From: Escherichia phage vB_EcoS_G29-2
DNA: 51,739 nucleotides
Sequence record: NC_049822.1
Strand: one strand, 5' to 3'
Positions 38,038-45,839 of the stretch are shown in pieces (positions within the stretch are counted from its first letter, which is position 1; each line of letters begins with the position of its first letter). Both the position numbers and the translations under genes were made by a program. The notes beneath the pieces are model-generated. The model worked only from the letters and a program-made list of their open reading frames with translations. It did not search any database and was not told the DNA's origin.

Positions 38038-38511
38038 TTAGCAATTAGTGCTTTCAGGTTTATACAGGAATCCGCCAGGTTCATAATCTGACATTCTTAC
38101 CACTCGCAACATTTCACGCTTATCACATCTCTTTGTGAGCGGTTTGCCATTGGAATCAAATCGCAGATCTGGACGGCAGAATGACGCGCGATAGCCTTGA
38201 CAACCATATTTCTTGTAATCGTTATGCACCTTTTGAGCGCCAGCGGCTGAAATCATACCGCGAACGCGCCACTGATTTACAGTTTGCTGGCTAACGTTAA
38301 GACGCTTTGCCATTGCTGACACGCTGCCGTAATACTCAATAAGAATGTCAAGCCGTGCTTTTAGTCCGGCGCGCACTTCATCTTTTAAAACATAGTATCC
38401 TGTAGGGCGCTTGCGCTTTTTCTTATCTTTACCCCGTCGAGTTCCGTTATTGCCATTAATTGTGCGCTTGTCAATCTTGCCTGTTGATACCGCGATTCGC
38501 TGCTCTTTCAT
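38038..38511 (-). CDS. HTH DNA-binding protein (putative regulator)
   Basis: helix-turn-helix SVSAMAKRLNVSQQTVNQWRVRG; basic K/R-rich N-terminus. Confidence 0.6.
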   Translation of the reverse strand: MKEQRIAVSTGKIDKRTINGNNGTRRGKDKKKRKRPTGYYVLKDEVRAGLKARLDILIEYYGSVSAMAKRLNVSQQTVNQWRVRGMISAAGAQKVHNDYKKYGCQGYRASFCRPDLRFDSNGKPLTKRCDKREMLRVVRMSDYEPGGFLYKPESTNC

Positions 38512-38523
38512 TATTCATTCTCC

Positions 38524-38569
38524 AATAGCATTTTTTGTTAAACGATGATTTAATGATTGTGTATTATAC
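38524..38569 (+). promoter_or_regulatory. conserved motif promoter for helicase operon (no spacer hairpin, -10 TATTAT)
   Basis: CAATAGCATTTTTTGTTAAAC then 19 bp then TATTAT. Confidence 0.5.
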
Positions 38570-40640
38570 ACTCCAAATGGCATTACTCAAAGGTTTTAGA
38601 ATGATTCCAAACATTGAAAAGCAAATATCAGCACTTGGTGAAGCGGTAATTAAATCCATTCAGGAGCGGTTCACTGTTGGCGATATTGTGCCTTACCCTT
38701 ACCAGTGCGTTGCATACGCTGAGATCGCAAAGCGTATGAAAAATTATGAGCATCCATTCTTTGTTAAAGCGTCGGTATCGGCTGGCAAAACATTGATGTT
38801 TGCAATGGTTGCTCACCAGTGCCGGAAAATGGGCTTAAAAATGATGGTTCTTGCTCGCCAAGCTGAGATTGTGGATCAAGATTCTGAAGAGATAACAAAT
38901 CTTGGCGTGCCGAACTCAATCTATTGCGCAGGGCTGAAGACAAAGAGCGCATACTTTCCGATCGTTGTTGGTTCTGAGGGAACTGTAGTTAATGGACTGT
39001 TTAAAGCGCTTGGCGACTATGTTCCGCACGTTATCGGGATTGACGAGTGTCACCAGGTGGATTGGGAAGACCTTGCCGACGCCATAGAGAAAGATGAGTC
39101 ATTTTTACAAATGACGACAAAGAAAGGCGAAAGAGTACCAAATCCAGATTATGACATAGAGAGCGATAACGAGTGCGAAGAGTTCCTGATTGGTGAGGAT
39201 GGCTTGCCAATGGAGGGAACAGGCCGCACACAATACACTGTCATTATCATGGAAATGATGCGACGTTGCAGGAAAGCATATGGCCATGAACTGCGCATAT
39301 TTGGCATGACTGGATCGGAGTTTCGCGGTGTAGTCCCAATACTGGTAGAAGATAAAAAGCAGAAAGGATTTTGGCGTGAACAGGTTACTAATATTGACAC
39401 CAACTACCTGATCAAGTTCGGTTCTGTTGTTCCGACTAATTTTGGCGACGTTGGCGATCTCGGGTATGACCTTTCAGAGTTTGAGGCATCAAGCGAGGAT
39501 GGCGTTGCAGACTTTGACGCTAAAACGCTTCGCAGGATGGAACAAAAAATTCATGAAGAAGCGACCATGACAAAGCGCATCATGGCGAAAGTGCACGAGA
39601 TCTGTAAAAACCGTAACGGTGTACTTGTGACATGTGCAGGCGAAAGGCACTGTAAAGAGGCGGCGGCAGCATTGCCGCCTGGAACGACTTACAGGATCAT
39701 TACTGGTAAGACTGGCGATAACCAGCGCAAGGAGTGGTTGAAAGAAGCATACGAGGGAAAGGTTAAATACATCTTCCAGGTGCAGGCGCTAACTACTGGC
39801 GTTAACGTGCCGTTTTGGGATACGTCTGTTATTCTGCGTAAGATTGGATCTCTTACGTTGCTGATTCAGCTTTTAGGGCGCGGAATGCGACTGCTTAAGA
39901 AATGGCATAAGGAGCAAGGATTCAAGAAAGATGATCATCTCGTCATGGATTTTTCAGGAACGATGGACGAGCTAGGGGAGCTTTATTTTGATCCGATACT
40001 GGAACAGGCGCAGCACCAGAAGCGATTCAGAAATGGTAAAGATCCGAAGCCTTGTCCTGTTTGCGGAACTCTTAACAGCTATTATGCTCGTCGTTGTATG
40101 CACGTAGACGAAAACGGCAACAGATGCGAGTGGTTCTTTAAATTCAGGACATGTGATGATCAGATTGACCCGCGCACTAAAAAGATTATTCATCGCGGTT
40201 GCGGAACGAAGAATGATATTGCGGCCAGGGTATGCAGACATTGCGACATGTCATTGATTGACCCTAACGAGAAGTTAAGCGGAAAGCACTACACAAAAAA
40301 CGACTGGTTTCAGGTGCAATCTTTCTCGGTTGACATGACGAAAAACCAGAAAGGGATAATATTTAATTATGAGCTTTCCGATGGCATAGACACTTTCAGG
40401 GCGAGAGAGATATTTTTCCCTGAATCTGAGAGCCAAATTTGCCGCGCAAAATGGCGAAGCGTTGCTCTTAAGCACATACCAGATCGCCGTGTTGCTGGCA
40501 TGGTGGCGAGCTATCGTAATGCACGTAAAATCATGCAATATGTGAATCACATCATGCCACCATCGCGTGTAACTCACCGCAAGACTAGCAAGGGTGAAGA
40601 TAATTTGTACAAGAAGGACTTTAATTATGGCAATGACTGA
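38535..40640 (+). CDS. ATP-dependent helicase (SF2, DEAH-type) with C-terminal zinc ribbons
   Basis: Walker A SAGKT, DEAH-like IGIDECHQV, C-terminal CPVCG...C...C clusters; start uncertain (38535 TTG, ATG 38578 or 38601). Confidence 0.75.
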   Translation: MLNDDLMIVYYTLQMALLKGFRMIPNIEKQISALGEAVIKSIQERFTVGDIVPYPYQCVAYAEIAKRMKNYEHPFFVKASVSAGKTLMFAMVAHQCRKMGLKMMVLARQAEIVDQDSEEITNLGVPNSIYCAGLKTKSAYFPIVVGSEGTVVNGLFKALGDYVPHVIGIDECHQVDWEDLADAIEKDESFLQMTTKKGERVPNPDYDIESDNECEEFLIGEDGLPMEGTGRTQYTVIIMEMMRRCRKAYGHELRIFGMTGSEFRGVVPILVEDKKQKGFWREQVTNIDTNYLIKFGSVVPTNFGDVGDLGYDLSEFEASSEDGVADFDAKTLRRMEQKIHEEATMTKRIMAKVHEICKNRNGVLVTCAGERHCKEAAAALPPGTTYRIITGKTGDNQRKEWLKEAYEGKVKYIFQVQALTTGVNVPFWDTSVILRKIGSLTLLIQLLGRGMRLLKKWHKEQGFKKDDHLVMDFSGTMDELGELYFDPILEQAQHQKRFRNGKDPKPCPVCGTLNSYYARRCMHVDENGNRCEWFFKFRTCDDQIDPRTKKIIHRGCGTKNDIAARVCRHCDMSLIDPNEKLSGKHYTKNDWFQVQSFSVDMTKNQKGIIFNYELSDGIDTFRAREIFFPESESQICRAKWRSVALKHIPDRRVAGMVASYRNARKIMQYVNHIMPPSRVTHRKTSKGEDNLYKKDFNYGND

Positions 40641-41046
40641 TAAAGGCGATTATCTGGAGTTTTACGAAAGAGATCCGACGGATACGCTAAAAGAGGAATC
40701 ACACCAGATCGGGGCGTTTCAATGGTTGACTTATGCTTACCCTGAATTGCTGGCATGGCATACGAAAAACGAGGGCGACAAGGGGATCGCCACCGCAATG
40801 ATGGATCAGCAAGCCGGACTCGTTAAGGGCGTAAGTGATTTTATCATCCTGATTGGATTAAAAGGCCGTTATCCGTTTGCAGCAATTGAGATGAAGCGCG
40901 TCAATAAGTCTGGAAAGGGTAAGGCTTCACCAGTCAGTAAGGAGCAAAAAGCCTTCTTACGACGTGTGCGCGAGCTTGGCGGATTCGCTGCCGTAACATA
41001 CGGATATAAGCAATTCATGATCGCTGTAGAATACATGATGAAATAG
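40627..41046 (+). CDS. VRR-NUC domain nuclease
   Basis: PD-(D/E)xK-like SDFIILIG...AIEMKR; start overlaps helicase stop. Confidence 0.6.
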   Translation: MAMTDKGDYLEFYERDPTDTLKEESHQIGAFQWLTYAYPELLAWHTKNEGDKGIATAMMDQQAGLVKGVSDFIILIGLKGRYPFAAIEMKRVNKSGKGKASPVSKEQKAFLRRVRELGGFAAVTYGYKQFMIAVEYMMK

Positions 41047-41088
41047 CACTTTTTGTTAAAACAGGCGCGAAGGATTGCGCCATAATAA
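41042..41088 (+). promoter_or_regulatory. conserved motif promoter (hairpin GGCGC/GCGCC, -10 CATAAT)
   Basis: motif then 19 bp then ATAATA. Confidence 0.55.
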
Positions 41089-41120
41089 CACCAGTTCAAC
41101 AAGCAACAGGTAATTAAGAA

Positions 41121-41822
41121 ATGATCAAAGAAACCGAAGTGACATTTGAACAAATCGAACGAGAAACATTCATTGGCAATGCTCTTGCTACCGGAGGCTA
41201 TTACCAGGCTGTTAAACCAAATCAATATTATAAAGTCACTGGCAACCGCTATAACGGCAGCAATACGCCGGACGTTGTGCGAGATTTGTGGTCTACGCCG
41301 TCTGAGCTTGTCGCATGGATGGAAATCGAATACGGTGATTATGACATCGACGCTGCGGCAAGCAAAGAAAATGCTGTATGTGAAAAATTCTACAGCAAGG
41401 AAACAAATTGCTTAAAGCGTTGGTGGGGTAGTAATAAGCATATCTGGCTGAATCCACCGTACAGCAATATAACGCCTTTCGTTAAGAAAGCGATTGAGCA
41501 AATGGAGCACAATAACCAGATCGACATTCTGTTACCTTGCGACACATCGACAGGATGGTTTTATGAGGCACAACAGAAAGCAGCGGAAATAATCTGGATC
41601 ACTGGCGAAGTTTACCAGGAGGAAGGAATAGAATATTCCAGAACTGGACGGCTTGCTTTCACTTCAGCGCTTACAGGTAAACCAGTGCAGGGAAACAACA
41701 AAGGAAGCGTTATTTTCATCATGCGCGAACTTAAAGAAGGTGAGCAGCAGAAAACTCGATACGTTAAGATCAGCGACATTTGCCCGTCAGTGGCAGAGCG
41801 TCGAGCAAGAAAGCGGAGTTAA
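41121..41822 (+). CDS. dam: DNA N6-adenine methyltransferase (phage Dam family)
   Basis: catalytic motif WLNPPYS (NPPY); size typical of phage Dam. Confidence 0.75.
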   Translation: MIKETEVTFEQIERETFIGNALATGGYYQAVKPNQYYKVTGNRYNGSNTPDVVRDLWSTPSELVAWMEIEYGDYDIDAAASKENAVCEKFYSKETNCLKRWWGSNKHIWLNPPYSNITPFVKKAIEQMEHNNQIDILLPCDTSTGWFYEAQQKAAEIIWITGEVYQEEGIEYSRTGRLAFTSALTGKPVQGNNKGSVIFIMRELKEGEQQKTRYVKISDICPSVAERRARKRS

Positions 41823-41826
41823 TATC

Positions 41827-42066
41827 ATGCAGAAAGAAAGAAGCGTTTATTTAAATGAAACTGGAGAGTGGTTGTTATTTCGCGCTATGGTTTGCGAGGC
41901 GCTTGATAAAAACGAGTTCATAAAACCGCTATTAGGTTGTGATCCGTGGGAGTTTACAAGCGCGCTTGATATGAGCTTTGAGGAAACAAGAAAACTACCG
42001 CTTGAAAAATGGCATGAGCAGATCGGTAAAGACTTGCAAGAGTTTTACGAATCCGCGACAAAATAG
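41827..42066 (+). CDS. hypothetical protein
   Basis: RBS GGAG; stop in motif copy at 42062. Confidence 0.45.
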   Translation: MQKERSVYLNETGEWLLFRAMVCEALDKNEFIKPLLGCDPWEFTSALDMSFEETRKLPLEKWHEQIGKDLQEFYESATK

Positions 42067-42107
42067 CACTTTTTGTTAAAAAGCCCGGCCCTGTGTCGGG
42101 CATAATT
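42062..42107 (+). promoter_or_regulatory. conserved motif promoter (hairpin GCCCG/CGGGC, -10 CATAAT)
   Basis: motif then 19 bp then ATAATT. Confidence 0.55.
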
Positions 42108-42138
42108 ATTTCATCAAAACGAACAAGAGGAAAACAAA

Positions 42139-42318
42139 ATGGTTGTTTACGATCCACGCGCTTTTAAAATTGCTCAAGAAGTTTCACGCGAATCTGTTGC
42201 TGGCGGTTCGGTTAACGGCTATCAGTTTGATTGGTCGGCAGCAATGACCTTGCTTAAGGTTGCATATGGTCACGCGCCAATTGAAACAGCGGAGGCATAT
42301 TATAAGCATGAAGGTTGA
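42139..42318 (+). CDS. small hypothetical protein (59 aa)
   Basis: not in track; RBS AAGAGGAAAA downstream of motif promoter. Confidence 0.4.
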   Translation: MVVYDPRAFKIAQEVSRESVAGGSVNGYQFDWSAAMTLLKVAYGHAPIETAEAYYKHEG

Positions 42319-42550
42319 ACAAGGTAGGCAGGCTGTATGGGATCACGCAAAGGAATGTGGGATCTCTGAAGACATAGCCAGGATAGCAAAATATTTTGAT
42401 ATTGCTGACATAAGCATTATAAGCGGCGACAAAATGACTTTTCTCAATGAACGCCCGCGCAAGATGCATCGCGTCCCAGCAATACCAACAAAGATTGATT
42501 TCAAAGAGGCTATGGCGAAAATTCGCGAGCCGCGCAAATACTACAAATGA
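42308..42550 (+). CDS. hypothetical protein
   Basis: ATG with GGAGG upstream, overlaps previous ORF. Confidence 0.4.
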   Translation: MKVEQGRQAVWDHAKECGISEDIARIAKYFDIADISIISGDKMTFLNERPRKMHRVPAIPTKIDFKEAMAKIREPRKYYK

Positions 42551-42648
42551 GGATTATTATCATGTGGCGTTTGTTACTTTTGCCCTTACCTGTTATGATG
42601 GCGATCTCTATTGTATATGTTGTCATAATGAGATAAGGAGAATTTTTG

Positions 42649-43764
42649 ATGAAGCAAATCAAAATCACAGATGAACAATTTATCAATGAGCGCAAGCAGG
42701 GAAAGACATATAAGCAGATAGCTAATGAGTATGGTATGAACGTTCGCAGCATTGAGCGACGCGCAGCGCGACTTGCAAAGCAAGGTAAAGTTACAACCAT
42801 CGGATCACCTGGCTTTGGCGTTACTGGAGAATCAAAGCTAATTGATAAAGATGGCAATGTGGTTATGACATGGATTAAGACAAGCAAGGACCGCGAGCAG
42901 TTAGAAGCATTAATGCAGGCCGCTATGGATGCATTTAGCGAAGAAGTTCCGCGACTTGATCCGCAACCAGAATCACAAAAGGATTATAGCGAGACGTTAT
43001 CACTGTATCCGATCTTTGACATGCACTTGGGCGCAATGGCGCATAAGCATGAATGCGGAGAGAATTGGGATACAGCAACAGCAGAGCGCGTAATGAATAA
43101 TTTCATTGATTATTCTATCCAGTGCGCGCCGGATAGCGAAAAAGCTGTTTTGCTGATTGGTGGCGATATGCTTCACAGTGACGGACTTGAAGCGGTTACA
43201 CCTGCAAGCGGTCACGTATTGGATCAAGATAGTCGATACGCAAAACTTGTTTATGTTGCCATCCGGTCAGTGCGTCGAGCAATCACAAAGCTGTTATCAA
43301 AACATAAAAACGTAGAGATTCAGATAATTGAAGGCAACCACGACCAAAGCGGCATGATCTGGTTGCGCGCAGCAATGGCGGCAGCATATGAGAATGAGCC
43401 GCGAGTGCATGTTGATGTGTCTCCGCGAGTGGTTCATCACACACAATATGGCAAAACATTCCTGGCATACCATCATGGGCACACTATCCGCAAGCCTGAA
43501 ACATTGCTCATGATGTGTGCGGCAGACTGGCGCGAAGACTTCGGAAATTCAAAAATGATGTATGCTCACGTAGGGCACTGGCATCATCAGACAGTAACTG
43601 AAACAAGCCTGGGCATTGTTGAAGTGCATAGCACTATGGCGGCAAAAGATGCATATGCGGCGCGCGGTGGATGGCGTTCTCGACGCCGTGCGGCTGTTAT
43701 TGTTTACGATAAAGAATACGGAGAGGTAGGGCGATTTATGCATTATCCAGAAATGGCTTATTGA
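42649..43764 (+). CDS. calcineurin-like metallophosphoesterase with N-terminal HTH domain
   Basis: motifs GGDMLHSDG, GNHDQ, GHWHH; N-terminal YKQIANEYGMNVRSIERRAARL; RBS AAGGAG. Confidence 0.65.
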   Translation: MKQIKITDEQFINERKQGKTYKQIANEYGMNVRSIERRAARLAKQGKVTTIGSPGFGVTGESKLIDKDGNVVMTWIKTSKDREQLEALMQAAMDAFSEEVPRLDPQPESQKDYSETLSLYPIFDMHLGAMAHKHECGENWDTATAERVMNNFIDYSIQCAPDSEKAVLLIGGDMLHSDGLEAVTPASGHVLDQDSRYAKLVYVAIRSVRRAITKLLSKHKNVEIQIIEGNHDQSGMIWLRAAMAAAYENEPRVHVDVSPRVVHHTQYGKTFLAYHHGHTIRKPETLLMMCAADWREDFGNSKMMYAHVGHWHHQTVTETSLGIVEVHSTMAAKDAYAARGGWRSRRRAAVIVYDKEYGEVGRFMHYPEMAY

Positions 43765-43807
43765 ACTTTTAATCATTAAAATATAAATATAAATCATAAA
43801 TTTAATT

Positions 43808-43838
43808 GGGCGTGGCATTTTGCTTCGCCCTTTTTTTA
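43808..43838 (+). terminator. rho-independent terminator before lysis cassette
   Basis: GGGCG-loop-CGCCC + TTTTTTTATT. Confidence 0.65.
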
Positions 43839-43910
43839 TTCCTTTTTGTGCGTTCAATGGTTAGGATACAATCAATTAATTGTTGACTTTTATCTACAGG
43901 AGATCTAATC

Positions 43911-44126
43911 ATGAAAGATTTTTTAAACGCTGCAACTTCCGGCACTGGCGGAGCGTCAATCACTGGCGCGGTAACTGGTCAAACAACTATTGCAATAGCC
44001 AGCTTCGTTTTGATGGCTGCATTTGGTATGTGGGGCGCTTATCTTCGCTGGCGTGATAGTAAGGCGCTACGTGACGCGCTTGAATGCGGTGATATTAAGA
44101 AAGCTATTGAGATCAGAGGTAAATAA
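43911..44126 (+). CDS. holin
   Basis: 71 aa, single [22 protein letters not shown], charged C-terminus, directly upstream of endolysin. Confidence 0.7.
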   Translation: MKDFLNAATSGTGGASITGAVTGQTTIAIASFVLMAAFGMWGAYLRWRDSKALRDALECGDIKKAIEIRGK

Positions 44127-44614
44127 TGAGTATAAAACAAAGAGTGACCGCTGCGGCTTTTGGCGTTGCTCTTGCCCTTACTTCTCCGCTACTGGAGGAA
44201 ATAGAAGGAGTAAAACATAAGCCGTACAAAGATATTGCTGGGGTATGGACGGTTTGCGCCGGAATAACTGGCCCTGACGTAATACAAGGCAAAACGTACA
44301 CACAAAGAGAGTGCGATGCACTACTGGCGAAGCATATCAAGATCGCAAAGGATGAAGTTGATAAGCGTGTAAAGGTTGACATTCCTGATACAATGCGCGC
44401 AGCAATGTATTCATTCACATACAATGCTGGAACTGGAGCTTTTAGAAATTCAACCATGCTTAAGCTGATTAATAACGGTCGTTATATGGAAGCGTGCGAT
44501 CAGTTATGGATATGGACAAAATACACCAATCCAAAAACAGGAAAGAAAGAAACGTCTAAAGGACTGCGCAACCGCCGCGCGGTGGAATTTAAATATTGCA
44601 TTAAGGATCTGTAA
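44126..44614 (+). CDS. SAR endolysin (lysozyme, E-8-D-5-T catalytic triad)
   Basis: weakly hydrophobic N-terminal signal-anchor [15 protein letters not shown] followed by E-x8-D-x5-T. Confidence 0.75.
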   Translation: MSIKQRVTAAAFGVALALTSPLLEEIEGVKHKPYKDIAGVWTVCAGITGPDVIQGKTYTQRECDALLAKHIKIAKDEVDKRVKVDIPDTMRAAMYSFTYNAGTGAFRNSTMLKLINNGRYMEACDQLWIWTKYTNPKTGKKETSKGLRNRRAVEFKYCIKDL

Positions 44615-44616
44615 TT

Positions 44617-45015
44617 ATGCGAAAGTTATCAATAATCGCTATCGCTGTTATTTTGTCTGGATGTTCAAGCGTTACGCCACTGACCGGATTAATCGGTAGT
44701 AAGCCGGAAATCACAGCACAGGCAGGAGCGGAGAACGTAAAGCAGACCGTTGGCGTTACCGCAAAGCAGGACACCAGCACAAAACAGGAAACTACAATAA
44801 AGGAATCTGCGGTTGATAAGGTGGACACTTCCAGCAAGAAGGATTTCACTACGTCAACCATTCAGGCCAATACCATCAAGGCTGATAAAATCCAGGTTGT
44901 GCAGGGTGAGCAAAGGAAGTGGTACGATCCCATAATCTATTGCGCTGCAATTTTTAGCGGTCTTTTGTCAATGCTTTACTTTTCCTACCGCAAAGGCAAC
45001 AAAAAGGAGGCTTAA
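44617..45015 (+). CDS. unimolecular spanin (lipoprotein with C-terminal TM)
   Basis: lipobox LSG-C plus C-terminal TM IIYCAAIFSGLLSMLYF; arrangement as in T1 gp11. Confidence 0.7.
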   Translation: MRKLSIIAIAVILSGCSSVTPLTGLIGSKPEITAQAGAENVKQTVGVTAKQDTSTKQETTIKESAVDKVDTSSKKDFTTSTIQANTIKADKIQVVQGEQRKWYDPIIYCAAIFSGLLSMLYFSYRKGNKKEA

Positions 45016-45030
45016 CGCCTCCTTTGTTTT
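45004..45030. terminator. bidirectional terminator at convergence of lysis cassette and leftward block
   Basis: AGGAGGC-TTAA-CGCCTCCT + TTGTTTT. Confidence 0.7.
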
Positions 45031-45250
45031 ATAGTGCATCCATCAAATCTTGAAAGCTGTTTCCGCTATAATCATTCTCGACAAGAATGTAAGCACCTTT
45101 CTTCTTTATATCCCATAACATTTCATTGTATTCGTAACGATTTATTTCAAACGTGCTGCCATCTTCTCTTGTCGCAGTTCCTTTGTCGTTGAAAACATCA
45201 AAAGTTACATTGATGATTTTTGTCTCTTTCTTTGTTACTTTGATAGCCAT
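45029..45250 (-). CDS. hypothetical protein
   Basis: RBS GAGGA; downstream of minus-strand motif promoter 45283-45328. Confidence 0.5.
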   Translation of the reverse strand: MAIKVTKKETKIINVTFDVFNDKGTATREDGSTFEINRYEYNEMLWDIKKKGAYILVENDYSGNSFQDLMDAL

Positions 45251-45282
45251 TTTTAAAATCCTCATATTCGTTCCGATGAAAC

Positions 45283-45328
45283 AAATATACCCGATACGAG
45301 ATCGGGAGTTTTAACAAAAAGTGCTATT
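45283..45328 (-). promoter_or_regulatory. conserved motif promoter (hairpin CCCGAT/ATCGGG, -10 ATATTT)
   Basis: minus-strand motif then 19 bp. Confidence 0.5.
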
Positions 45329-45518
45329 CGATACGCTTTACAGTAACCAACAAAACGCCGTCCTCATCACACAAATTATGCTCTGATATGTTAAACGCTC
45401 GCATGTCAGAATGAATTAGCGTTAACATTGCGTGCATGAAGTCTTCATGTGAGATTGAACTTACGGCGCAGAACTTCAATATTTTGTCTATTAGCATTTG
45501 ACGTAAACAGTTCTTCAT
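45324..45518 (-). CDS. small hypothetical protein (start uncertain)
   Basis: stop TAG embedded in motif copy; overlaps upstream gene unless started at internal ATG 45437. Confidence 0.3.
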   Translation of the reverse strand: MKNCLRQMLIDKILKFCAVSSISHEDFMHAMLTLIHSDMRAFNISEHNLCDEDGVLLVTVKRIE

Positions 45519-45837
45519 CGCTCATTTCTCCGATCCGTAAAACATCCCTAACCCATTCGTTTTGCATACCTTCCAGGCTGTAAAGTTCAAACGAGAAAGG
45601 GCGATTTGCGGATCCTTTCTTACACCAGAACTTTCCACCAACTCCATCAAGATAACCAGCGGTCATCATTCTTGCGCAAAACTCTTTTGAAACGGCAGTA
45701 GCAAACATTCTCTGCGTAAATCCTGCGGCCCTTGCGAGCCGCTCACATTCTCTATGCTGAAAGATAAATTTTGCTATATGTTGACGCGTAAACCATTCGA
45801 ATGACTCACACCAGCGATACAGATCCAGAAGAAACAT
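45445..45837 (-). CDS. hypothetical protein
   Basis: 130 aa, start coupled (TAATTATG) to stop of upstream gene. Confidence 0.55.
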   Translation of the reverse strand: MFLLDLYRWCESFEWFTRQHIAKFIFQHRECERLARAAGFTQRMFATAVSKEFCARMMTAGYLDGVGGKFWCKKGSANRPFSFELYSLEGMQNEWVRDVLRIGEMSDEELFTSNANRQNIEVLRRKFNLT

Positions 45838-45839
45838 AA

